Part shown: piece after piece, positions 1 to 11,073 of the stretch
Layout of the letters: each line of letters starts with the position of its first letter
How positions within the stretch are numbered: position 1 is the first letter of the stretch
DNA from: Eledone cirrhosa
Taxonomy: Eukaryota
Reading direction: 5' to 3'
Length of the DNA stretch: 64,000 nucleotides
NCBI GenBank assembly: GCA_964016885.1
Contig: OZ024741.1
Coordinates: 299,708,001 to 299,772,000, forward strand
The notes under the pieces: generated by a model
What the model saw: only the letters and a program-made list of their open reading frames with translations
Told to the model about the DNA's origin: nothing
Database searches by the model: none
Position numbers and translations under genes: made by a program

Positions 1-590
1 TTCATGGCAGTTCCAAATCCTTTTTACCTCCCACTTTAAGTCCTGGTATCGGTTAATTTTCTCCATCTCCTTCTCTTGCACTCTCGTGTCGAATGGGCAG
101 GCCACATCCACAATCAGGCACGATCTTTTTTCTTTGTCCAAAACCACCAGGTCAGGTCTATTGTGTTCCAGTTTCTTGTCCGTCTGTATCCTAATATCCC
201 ACAACACCTTCACCTGATCGTTTTCTATCACCGACTCTGGCTTATGCTCATACCACTTCTCAGAATGTGGTAAATTGTTTACTTTGCATAGGTGCCAGTG
301 GATCACCCTGCCCATCACATCATGTCTACAGCCCTGATAGTGAATCTGGGCAAGGTGTTTACACTCGGATACAATGTGAGCCACAGTCTCCTCTCTCTCT
401 CCACAGATCCTGCACAGTGGGCTAGCCTCCTCCTTGTAAATATGGTGTTTTAACCACTTCGTTTTGAGGGCCTGCTCTTGCGCACCCATTAACATTCCTT
501 CTGTAGCCTTTTTAAGGTCTCCTCTTTTCAATCAGTTCCATGTCTGTGGATCTCTGAATTCAGTTTTCTGAAAGAAGGTACTATGAAGGG
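1..590 (-). mobile_element. 3' part of an R4/Dong-clade non-LTR retrotransposon (CCHC knuckle plus restriction-like endonuclease), degenerate
   Basis: Manual minus-strand translation gives LKRGDLKKATEGMLMGAQEQALKT..CRICGEREETVAHIVSEC..RHD.. and then VLWDIRIQTDKKLEHNRPDLVVLDKEKRSCLIVDVACPFD..EKINRYQDL (PD..D endonuclease motif), with stops and frameshifts. It abuts an (ATT)n tract and runs off the window start. Confidence 0.88.
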
Positions 591-617
591 ATTATTATTA
601 TTATTATTATTATTATT
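591..617. repeat. (ATT)n/(TAA)n microsatellite
   Basis: Perfect attattatt run. Dong-type elements are known to target TAA repeats. Confidence 0.95.
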
Positions 618-830
618 GGCGATCTACGTAGTAAATCGTATCATCGTGAGCTCCGCAAAGGTTTGTTATTTCCGTTTGTTAAAAATTGTCATTTATGGAA
701 ACAATTTTTATTGTTAACTATATATAAGAGCACATACATTGTTTTCCGAAAAGGACACCCAAAAAGATTGGGGCCGTATGCCCAAAATTTAAACATTTAT
801 GATTATCAAAAAATTTCTTTGAAAAAGAAA

Positions 831-1708
831 ATGGATAATTCACCTCTGCACCAAGCAGCTGAGAGCCTTCCTCACAAATTAACACCTCACACCGACACCA
901 CCATTGTAAATGTTACTACGTTTGCCAACACTAAAAAAAATATAAGCAGTAGCAATATTTTAAATTTGTCTCAGGCAGACATTCATTTCCAGCCATTACC
1001 AATGACTGCAGGTGTTAAAGCCGCCACCATAACCACCACCGCGACAACCACCACCCCTACCACCACGGCGACAACAGAAACAAAAGGAAAAAATAAATTA
1101 ACTCGTGATGTCGAAATGTTTTCAACCAAAATGGACTCATCCACACCGAACACCACTGAAGTCATCACCACCACAACTGAAACTAAAATTAATAATAACA
1201 AAAATAACGATAACAACAACAGCCATAGTGACATTAAAAAAACCACCCTAAGTTTTGCCAGAGTAGCAAAACAGTGCGAAGCATTTACGGTAACTCAGGA
1301 GGAATTAGAAAATGCCAAAAAAATGGTAAAGAAAGATGGGTACAGGGTCAGCCTCCCCCCCCCCACACACACACCTAATAAAATGGAGAATCGGCGCCTA
1401 TGCACCGTGTCGTATCGAACAATTAATGTAAAATCGCGCCGAGTGGAACGGGCATCCGAGTCCCAAATCCAAAAAGCTTTGGGACATGTGTGGGCAAGAA
1501 CAACCCACATCAGACGTGGGCAGAAGTATGGAACCGTGGACGTGTTCTTTGAAACACCACAGGAGGCTAGAGAACACTCCATGGCCTCATTAAGAAGTGA
1601 CGACTTCACACTCGTCCCAAGCTATTGGGGCCAGAGACTCGTAAAGATCAGGGTCACCCACGTTCCACCGGCCATCGACATTCCCTGGCTAATAGCGGCC
1701 GAAATGGT
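831..1708 (+). CDS. ORF1/gag-like protein of an L1/Tx1-type non-LTR element, 3'-truncated
   Basis: Open frame from ATG 831 (within ORF 663..1787). Thr/Asn-rich disordered N-terminus, then SFARVAK and an RRM-like segment (GTVDVFFETPQEA..LVKIRVTHVPPAIDIPWL). Interrupted at ~1709 by R4 sequence in the opposite orientation. A degenerate homolog with a CCHC knuckle lies near 46.0-47.0 kb. Confidence 0.6.
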
Positions 1709-3483
1709 TCAAAAGAAGTCTCCTCTTTTGAACCATTTCCATGTCTGTGGATCTCTGAATTCAGTTATCTCAAAGAAGGTATTCTGACGGGATTTTTCAT
1801 GAAGGCTGCTCTTTCTCCTTTTTCTTATTTCCTCCTTGGACATCCCCTGGTCTATTATCCTCTCCTTCAGTACCATTCTGAGCATTGGCTCCTTACTATC
1901 AGGCAGGTTGTTTCTCTCAATCTGAACACAGTCCTCTATGCTGATAAGACCTCTTCCACCTTCAGATCTCCTTAAGTAGAGTCTATCGACACCACTCTTC
2001 TTGTGGAACATGCTGTAGATAGTCAATAGCTTCCTAGTTTTCCTATCCATTTCTTTTTGTTCAGCAACATTCCATATCAGAATTCCCGCACTGTAGCTAA
2101 TAATAGACACAGCTCGGGAATTTACTGCACTTATGGCATTCCTACTGTTCAGGTGTGACTTTAATACGCTCCTTACTCTCCGAATGTATTCAGATCTTAT
2201 CAATTCCTTCATTTTTTTGTTCTTGATGCCATCAGCCTCCGGAACACCCAAATACTTGTATCCTTCTTCAGTGTCAATTTCCTTTATGATCTCACCTGTT
2301 GGTACCTCGATTCCGTTGCTTCTGCTCAATTTACCCTTCTTCATCACAAGGACTCCAAACTTACTAATACCAAATTGCATACATATATTATTGCTGAAAA
2401 TACGGACAGTGTCAACAAGCACATCCAACTCCTTCTCACTCTTCCCGAAGAGCTTAAGATCGTCCATGAAGAGGAGGTGATTGATGGTAAGCTCTCCTTT
2501 CCCAACTTGTATCCTGCTCTCATTTTTCGCAGTATAATGGTCAGGACTATCAGGGCAAGGACAAACATCAGAGGGGACAGACTATCGCCCTGGAAGATAC
2601 CTCTCTTCATCTTCACGCCTCCCAAGGATTCTCCAGTTGATGTTAACTCTGTTTGCCAGGACTTCATACTTTTGCCCAACAACTGTCTGATGTTATCTAC
2701 CACCTTGAAGATCTCTCGGCTTTTGGTGATCCAAGAATGAGGCACCATGTCAAATGCCTTTTTGTAGTCTATCCATCCCATGGCAAGACCATTGTGTCTC
2801 CTCTTGCAATTACCATCTTATCAATAAGTAACTGGTCCTTTGTACCACGGGACTTCTTTCGGCATCCTTTCTGTTCGTCCGGTAACAAGTTGTTTGTGTG
2901 GAGGTGATGGTAGATTTCCTCAGACATAATGCTTGTCAACAGTTTCCACATTACAGACAGCCATGTGATATGTCTATAGTTGGTAACATCATTACCCTTG
3001 ATTCGGTCTTTCATTATCAGAAGTGTGGTACCTTATGTCAACCACTCTGGTACCTCACCTGACATCAAACAGTCATTGAACATGGTTGTCAGTTTCGGGT
3101 TGAGGGATGTTATATTTTTAATCCAATACCCCTGCACACCATCTGGGCCTGGTGATTTCCAGTTGGTTAGTTTTTTGGCCTGCCCCTTAAGAGTTTCAAC
3201 TGTGATACTCAAATCAATTTGTTGGTGTGCCTGTTCAGTAATCTCCTTCTGTACTGTCTCAATCCACACAGCCTGGTCATTATATTTAACATCCTGCTCC
3301 CATATTCCTCTCCAGAATGTTTTACTTTGTTCCGCCTCAGGGTCAAGTCGTTGCCTCTTTCTTTCCCTTCAAGCTGTCCAAACAGCATCTCTGGTTGTTG
3401 TCGAACATGCGGTTCTGTCTATACTGACTGACTCTGTTCTCGTATCGCCTGATTTTTGCACTCTTTGCTACAATGCGTTGCTT
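1709..3483 (-). pseudogene. R4/Dong-clade non-LTR reverse transcriptase, frameshifted
   Basis: Consecutive minus ORFs carry NWKSPGPDGVQGYWIK, NYRHITWL, EQKGC..RGTKDQLLIDK, WIDYKKAFDMVPHSWI, RGIFQGDSLSPLMF, (F)MDDLKL, YKYLGV and RLYLRRSEGGRGL. Confidence 0.93.
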
Positions 3484-3488
3484 CAGTA

Positions 3489-3557
3489 CGGGGTCGATAA
3501 AATAAAGTACCAGTAATGCACTGGGTAATTGATGGCCTTGTGCCTAAAGTAGAAACA

Positions 3558-3618
<61 letters not shown>
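3489..3618 (+). mobile_element. 3' fragment of the dominant tRNA-derived SINE with (ATT)n tail
   Basis: ggggtcgataaaataaagtaccagtaatgcactgg...ggccttgtgcc-aaagtagaaacaatt followed by about 20 ATT units; matches the copies at 6293, 8673, 8915, 9330, 44128 and 50620. Confidence 0.85.
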
Positions 3619-3619
<1 letters not shown>

Positions 3620-4611
3620 CGCAACTATTTACTTCAAGATTAGTGACATATATATTATCTAAACTCTCCACAGAAGAGAGAGCGTGGCTTTAGTAATAAA
3701 GCAATATGAGTGACCGGGTTATAGAAAATTGAAGGGCGTGGGTTATATGATATGTCTGACTCGAACATTAATGTAATTGATCTTGACTAACGAGGGAAGG
3801 TCGAGTTTTCTTTGGCAATAAAACGTAGCTACCTTAAATGAGAAATTTCATTTTTTCTGTCTCTTTACAGCCGCTCTTTACTTAATGCAAGCGAATGTAG
3901 TAAAAATGTTTTTCTTCCATTAATCCAAATCAGCCTGTGTTTTTTAGATTCACTCGAAAACGGGAGCTCGACTTTTAAAATCTAACATAACATTATACAA
4001 CATTCATATATACACTTAACGTTCATTATCGCTGTTTCCTTTCCTTGCCTACGTATAGCTGGTAAATAAAACTCTACAGATGTCGGTATTCCGTTTAATT
4101 ACATAACATTTCATAAATTGCTATAGAGACGAAAAAGAAAATTACGTTAGCCGATTGAATATACTCATTTTCGAAGATAAACGTTTTCGCTGCAGAGAAA
4201 TGCATATCTACATGATTACTACTTTCAGCCATGTGCTGAGAAGGAAATTCGACAGTAAGGCGTCATTCAGCTCAGTCATATAACGCATGTAAATAATTAA
4301 GAAATAATTAACAGGTTGCAAGCTGCTTTTACTAGAAATATGTCACACTGCTAAAATAATAATTCAAACATTCATAGAAGCATAATGCATATTTTTATAT
4401 TTGAATTTATACGTGTATAAACATGGGAATAACTTACACATATTACTTATATAAAGCTCACTGTATTCTACAAAACCAAAATATCTGTAATTTGTCGATA
4501 GGCTTTGCAGACATATAACTGACAAATCAAATACAATGCATATATTCTTATTTTTCATATATTCTTCTTAAATATGCATACATATAAACACACACACGTA
4601 CACATCCCTCC

Positions 4612-4708
4612 GTTTTCCTGATGAAACTATTAGCGATAATTTGGATAAAGCTCTCAGTGATATATTTCCATGTTGGTTCTCTAACGAGAACCCGAAATAT
4701 ACGAAAAC
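4612..4708 (+). ncRNA. Degenerate type I hammerhead motif with long stem II
   Basis: gttttc-CTGATGA-(~70 nt)-GAAA-tatac-gaaaac. Stem I gttttc/gaaaac pairs, but the NUH cleavage triplet is imperfect. Confidence 0.4.
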
Positions 4709-4753
4709 CAATTCACGATACATTCATCGTAAACCCCGGCTGATTAACGTAAA

Positions 4754-4757
<4 letters not shown>

Positions 4758-4821
<64 letters not shown>

Positions 4822-4840
4822 GTATATATATAATGTAATG

Positions 4841-4927
<87 letters not shown>

Positions 4928-4928
4928 C

Positions 4929-4967
<39 letters not shown>

Positions 4968-5206
4968 CATATATATATATACATTACATTATATATACAC
5001 ACACATATATATAAACTCTGGGAATGAGAGCAAATCCATAATAGTAAATACGCAATTCATACGTCCACTAAAGATATACTAGGGCAAGAATAATAATTAT
5101 GAAATATCCCACTAAGTAATAAACACGTTGATTATTACCTTGATGTCATCTGAACGATTGCTTCTACACTAATATATATATATATTACGTTACATTATAT
5201 ATATAC

Positions 5207-5270
<64 letters not shown>
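4758..5270. repeat. Compound (TA)n microsatellite field with inserted short elements
   Basis: Several long TA runs separated by ttacat motifs and a ~155-bp insert. Confidence 0.9.
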
Positions 5271-5274
<4 letters not shown>

Positions 5275-5409
5275 TAGAAAGTGAGGTTTTTTTACAAAAT
5301 GAAAAATAACCGAGGTGTCCTACACGAGTGAAAGTATAAAGAAAAAAAGATGAAATCGAAAATGCAACTGGAGTCTTATTAAAAAAAATATATATATATA
5401 TTTATTTTG

Positions 5410-5450
5410 TTCCCTTATCGGTTTCGCAGTTCTTCTGCTTTTCAAGAGTA
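5410..5450 (-). ncRNA. Variant (UUGAAAA-core) hammerhead remnant
   Basis: Minus strand reads tactc-TTGAAAA-gcag/aagaa/ctgc-GAAA-ccga-TA-agggaa. Stem II is perfect; stem I is imperfect. Confidence 0.4.
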
Positions 5451-5739
5451 GAGTTGAGATAGAGGGTCCGTGATTTTTCTCACATATATATGTATATATA
5501 TTTTATTGTAGAAGCAATCGTTCAGATGACATCAAGGTAATAATCAACGTATTTATTACTTAATGGGGTATTCCATAATTATTATTCTTGCCCTAGTATA
5601 TCTTTAGTGCACGTATGGATTGCGTATTTACTATTATGAATTTTCTCTCGTTCCCAGAGTTTTCCTCGGGGCGGTTCCTGTTTAACTTTCGTCGGTATGT
5701 GAGAGTAGAAGATTTCCACCCGGACAAGACGCCCATCAC

Positions 5740-5903
5740 ATCTTAAGACCTCATTTTCTGTTGGCGTTAATTTTCAGCTGAATGAACTGACACAGCGTGA
5801 AATGAAGTGATGTGTTCTAGAACACATCAAACAACCTAGTCCAGGAATCGAATGCAAGATATTGCGATTGCAGGTCCATCATCCTAACAACTAGACTACA
5901 TGC
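5740..5903 (-). mobile_element. Old CORE-type tRNA-derived SINE fragment
   Basis: cagctgaatgaactg..gtgaaatgaagtg..ccaggaatcgaa is the reverse complement of a B box plus CORE-like segment; related to 25665 and 36130. Confidence 0.55.
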
Positions 5904-6292
5904 ATTTATTCATAGGTACTGTAATATATTAATTAATTGAAATGTTCATCTTAGTTCTTAAGAGAACCTAGTAACGAATGTTAGCAACACTCACAACATA
6001 AAGGAGATAATTTCAAGCAATTATGTCTTAATATCTCAAGATAATTCCAACATGTGAGGGAAAGTGATTGCCCCATAGCAAGAAATATATATCGGTCGTA
6101 AGGAGGTTTCATCCAAATTCCATGTGTAAAAATAAGTAATTTGATACGTGATGTCACAAAAGAAGGATTACAATTCTTTAAGATACTTGGTAGGAAATCT
6201 ATTTCCGTTCCTGAAACAACAAATATTCATCGTATGTCATAGAATGTTTCTCTATTCTGCTAAAATGAATAAACAATAATTAGAACTTTGGG

Positions 6293-6517
6293 AAGGGTGG
6301 TGGATTGGCAGTATTGGTAGAGGGTTGGACGCCATGCTTTACAGCATAGAATTACGGCCCTTTATGACCTGAGTTCAAATCCCGCCGAGGTTAACTTTGC
6401 CTTTCATCCTTACGGGGTCAATAAAATAAAGTACCAGTAATGCACTGGGGTCGATTTAATCGACTTTCCCACCCCAAAAAAATTTCTGGCATTGTGCCAA
6501 TATAAGAAACCAATAAT
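6293..6517 (+). mobile_element. Full-length tRNA-derived SINE (Nin/Deu-like central domain), representative copy
   Basis: A-box-like tggcagtattggt, B box gagttcaaatccc, central gcctttcatccttacggggtc..aaaataaagtaccag and an ATT-type tail. More than ten related copies occur in the window. Confidence 0.85.
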
Positions 6518-6861
6518 TAGAACTTTGGATAAAAACTCTACGAAACTAAGATAATATAAAAGCTAAATTTAATCATTACTGATTAATTGAAAAAGAAAAT
6601 GTTCAATAGTAGTTCCAAAAGTAGAATATTGGCATGGGAGTTACATGCAGTTAGTTAGAAAGAAAAGGAACAAGCCGTGATAATCAAAAGCATACTATTG
6701 TATCGCATTCATTCACTTTATTTAAAAGGGAATTTTGCGCACATTTTTCTTTGAAGACGAATGTTATCAAGTACACATCAGTAAGTGATGTTGAGTACAC
6801 AAAGACTGTAATTTATGTATATATATAAATATATATATATGTATGTATGTATGCGAGAGTG

Positions 6862-6896
<35 letters not shown>

Positions 6897-7039
6897 ATGC
6901 GACTTCTCGTACACACATACAAGCAAATGAATATTAATATGCATATGCGTTGAAACAGGTTTGTTGATTATAAATAAGTTAATCAGGCCATTCATTCAGT
7001 ATTTAAAAATCTATTTCTCTCTGTCTAACCTTCTTTCAG

Positions 7040-7041
<2 letters not shown>

Positions 7042-7131
<90 letters not shown>

Positions 7132-7142
7132 TATATATATAT

Positions 7143-7191
<49 letters not shown>

Positions 7192-7348
7192 GGAGGTGAG
7201 TTTTATTGTAGTACAATAAAGCAATGCAGATATCGGATAAGAAGCACTCTACAGTTTGTAGGACTGGAATAGAGTATACATAATATATAAGATCAATGAT
7301 CTTATATATTATATATATATATATATATATGTACACACAGACACACAC

Positions 7349-7384
<36 letters not shown>

Positions 7385-7574
7385 GTATATATATATATAT
7401 ATATAATATAAACATGTGTGTATGTGTGTATAGGCATATTTATGTTTATATAAATATGTTTGTAAATACAAACATATATATGTATATATGTATGTATTAA
7501 CAAATATATTTATATAAACATAAATATACCTATAAATACACAGACTCACACACACACACTCACATACACACATG

Positions 7575-7618
<44 letters not shown>

Positions 7619-7785
7619 GGTGTGTGTATGTGTGTGTGCCTGTGTGTATATATATGTATACATGTGCGTATGTATATATATATATATATATATACATACA
7701 TACGCACATACATACATGCATGCATACATACACAGAACATGCATACATACATACCTACATACATACCTACATACATACATACATG
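7042..7785. repeat. Compound (CT)n/(TA)n/(CA)n/(TACA)n microsatellite field
   Basis: Directly visible; it produces the spurious YIYI/CVCV ORFs. Confidence 0.95.
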
Positions 7786-8214
7786 ATGGCTGCCCCTCGC
7801 TATCGAGTATGGCCATTGCACGATATACCATTATTAATAATTATCAATTAATTCTATCGTGCAATGACTGTGCATGAAGATATTTTTTTAAAGTGAGGAA
7901 AACTGTGCACTGAGCCAATCCCACTCTCTCAGCGACAGTAGTTATAACTCGAAAAGAAGAAAAGATCAACATCATCAGTAACTACTGAGCCGCAGGTTTT
8001 ATATCGGAGTTATCCCAGTTTCCTGAGTTGCCTTCTCATAGAAGGATGCCCTGACAATGGCTAGGGGTCCTTTACTCCCAGTGGTTTAACCGCGCGATCG
8101 AGTGTCAAGCCCGATTATTTCTATGTCCCCGCGCATATACATACACATGCATCGATGTACATATACATATACATATACATACACATGTACATGTGTATAT
8201 ACATATTTACACAC

Positions 8215-8408
8215 CTTTGGATGGCCGTTGACTCTTATGAGTTCTTCCGCCCTTCGTCAGGTTTTTTCTTTGTCCTGCAGGGTGTCCAAAATCACCCTCC
8301 TCACCAAATAAACTTGGCGGGGTTGCCGGTTTAGTCGCTGACGACCCGACCATGCGACAGGTCGTACTGGGTTACATGTTACCAGTAGCACTCAAGAGTG
8401 ACCCGACA
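8215..8408 (-). other. GC-richer, highly structured repeat fragment (possibly the 5' end of an RTE-like element or a SINE)
   Basis: Four abutting hairpins at 8334-8345, 8347-8364, 8365-8387 and 8389-8400, plus two more nearby; flanked by microsatellite. Confidence 0.4.
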
Positions 8409-8672
8409 TATATACATACACATGCATACGTGCATAAGCGAGTAGGTGAGTGTGAGTTTTCAGTTGATTACAAATTCCTAGGCACTTTGAAATTTGAAAA
8501 TATCGTCACCAGATACCCTTCAATACTATATGATAACTACAGGTAATATATTAATAAATCGCTTGAAGCTTCCTTGCAGACAGTAAGATTTTGACAAATA
8601 TGTCTCCACGTGTATTTTCCCGATATATTCAACTATAGTCTATAGTTCATATATATTATTATAGTTATCACA

Positions 8673-9420
8673 TCTGAGTTCAAATCCCGCCGAGGTTAAC
8701 TTTGACTTTCATCCTTCCGGGGTCGATAGAATAAAGTACCAGTAATGCATTGGGTAATTGCTGGCCTTGTGCCAAAAGTAGAAACAATTATTATAGTTAT
8801 CACATATATTATTATATATTATCAAATATATCATTATAGTTATAATTTTATATTATTATAGTTATATAGGCTATAGTTGAATAAAGTGGGAAAATACGTA
8901 TGGACACTTCTTTGTCTGGATTGGCAGTATCGGTAGAGATTCGGACGCTATGCTTTGACGCATTGAGTTTCGGCCCTTGCCATTTTGAGTTCAAATCTCG
9001 CCGAGGTTAACATTGCCTTTCATCCTTACGGGGTCGATAAACTAAAATACCAGTAATGCACTGGATGATTGGCCTTGTGCCAAAAGTAGAAGCAATTATT
9101 ATAGTTATCAGCATTGTGGCGGCTATTAATACAACCACACATATATAAAGTTATAAAGAGAAAGAAGGAGAGAGTGAGCGAATGAGATAGAGAGAGAGAG
9201 TGCGAGAGAGGTAGACAGAAAGAGTGAACGCTTCATAGATGTCAGAAACGTTATTTCGGTACGTTTCTCTAAAGGTATAATTATCGCCCCCGTCTCCTCC
9301 CCAGCTTTCATATATGCATTATTTCTCTCTTTGCCTTTCATCCTTGTGGGGTCGATAAAATAATGTACCAGTAATGCACTGGATATTTGCTAGCCTTGTG
9401 CCCAAAATAGAAACAATTAT
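8673..9420 (+). mobile_element. Three copies of the dominant SINE (8673-8791, 8915-9101, 9330-9420)
   Basis: Each contains tttcatcctt-cggggtcgata..taccagtaatgca..ccttgtgcc-aaa-tagaa-caatt. Confidence 0.85.
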
Positions 9421-9692
9421 TTCTCTGCCTAAATAATCACATTGCCTTCTGCACCTACATGCGTATGCACGTCTACTCACATGAAGAGGAAGATGCACAA
9501 CGGTATATATATATATATATATATATAGGCACACACACCGAATATTATGTTTGTATTTATATTTAATCTACATCTACCTCCCTCTGTCTCTTTTCTCGAA
9601 CACTATTTATATACGCACATACACACAAACGCACGCGCGCGCGCACACACATACACGCACACATACACGCACACATACACACACACACACAT

Positions 9693-9835
<143 letters not shown>

Positions 9836-10131
9836 AATGTGTTTGTTTACGTGTGTCTGTTATGTGTGTCTGTTTATGTTTGTTTATGCGTGTAAATTTG
9901 TATTTGCATATTATAAGTTGCTTATGCACACATACCAACACGCAACGAAAGCATATTTAAAAATTAAGCCTGTTGTTATTTTTTTAAAACTCTATCTCTC
10001 TTTAGAATATTATTTTATACTCTGCTTCCCGCATTTAAAATTTGCATCATTCGATTAAATAGAGAATTCGAATTAAAATACTAGTTTTATAGAACATTAA
10101 ACTCCCAAAGTGCTTGCTTGCATTAGTAACA

Positions 10132-10494
10132 CTAGCTGACGTACCCAGCCTCGCTCGCCCGGGTAAACAGATGATAAGAGAAGACAGGTAAAAGAGAAAC
10201 TGATTGAATTGGATGTGTGTCTGGTCACAGTATGAGGCGAGTCCGTGGTGTATGTGTGATACCAAAAACAGTAAACAAAATATTCCAGATATACCAGATT
10301 CTTCGTTGTACCGTTTGTGCATAGTATATGAACAATTCTAGGTGCTCCGACCTAGAATAGTGAACTCTAGGAGATGGTTCAACTTCTGCCTGACTGTAAA
10401 ATGTGTATCATTGCATAGACGTGGTTGTTCCACGTTTCTCAAAAGGATGATGGAAGTTCCAATCTTTTATATTATATGTAGATATAGATATAGA
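10132..10494 (-). mobile_element. Non-autonomous mini-Helitron, copy 1
   Basis: Minus strand begins TCTATATCTA.. and ends acccgggcgagcgaggctgggtacgtcagCTAG|T (GC hairpin, CTAG, then T). Near-identical to 16460-16810. Confidence 0.85.
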
Positions 10495-11073
10495 TAATTA
10501 ATATATAAGATGTCCGTCAATGTAAAAAAAGGTCCCTATTTACTTGAAATGGTTTATACAAATGCCAAATTAATATGGATATGGATAACATGCTTATTTA
10601 TGGTCAGCTATAATAATAAAACAACAAATTATATGACACAAACATTTATTCAGTAATTTCCAGGCTCTTAGCCACTAAGTAATAGACAGTCAATATTGCT
10701 CAGAGTTTAACTCGGGGAAGTGGCCTGGTTTGAACTCCAAATGGGAGATCCTTCTACTTCAAAAATATAATCGTTTTTCAATATTACTCTAGCCCTGGCC
10801 GGCCATAGGCACCAAAATATTTTCCAGACTCAGCATATGATGAGGTTTTATTACCACCGCTATCAGAAGCGATAAATTTGAAGGCAATTTCTACCAATAC
10901 TTGTTGGTTTTTATTGCTCATTATCGACAATAAATGATATTGAACAGAAATGAAAACTCTATCAAACCTCACAATACTGATCAAAGGACACCAATGTCCG
11001 AATCATTGACCTCGCTTATTGATAGCATTAAAGATATGCATACATCAGCTCAAAGCTTCATTATATACAATAT

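Noticed and set aside
6300-6385. tRNA gene suggested by A and B boxes
   Set aside because: No cloverleaf; this is the head of a multi-copy SINE.
10789-10810. Internal CTAG next to a tggccggcca palindrome as a cryptic Helitron 3' end
   Set aside because: The hairpin sits too close to CTAG and the next base on minus is not T.
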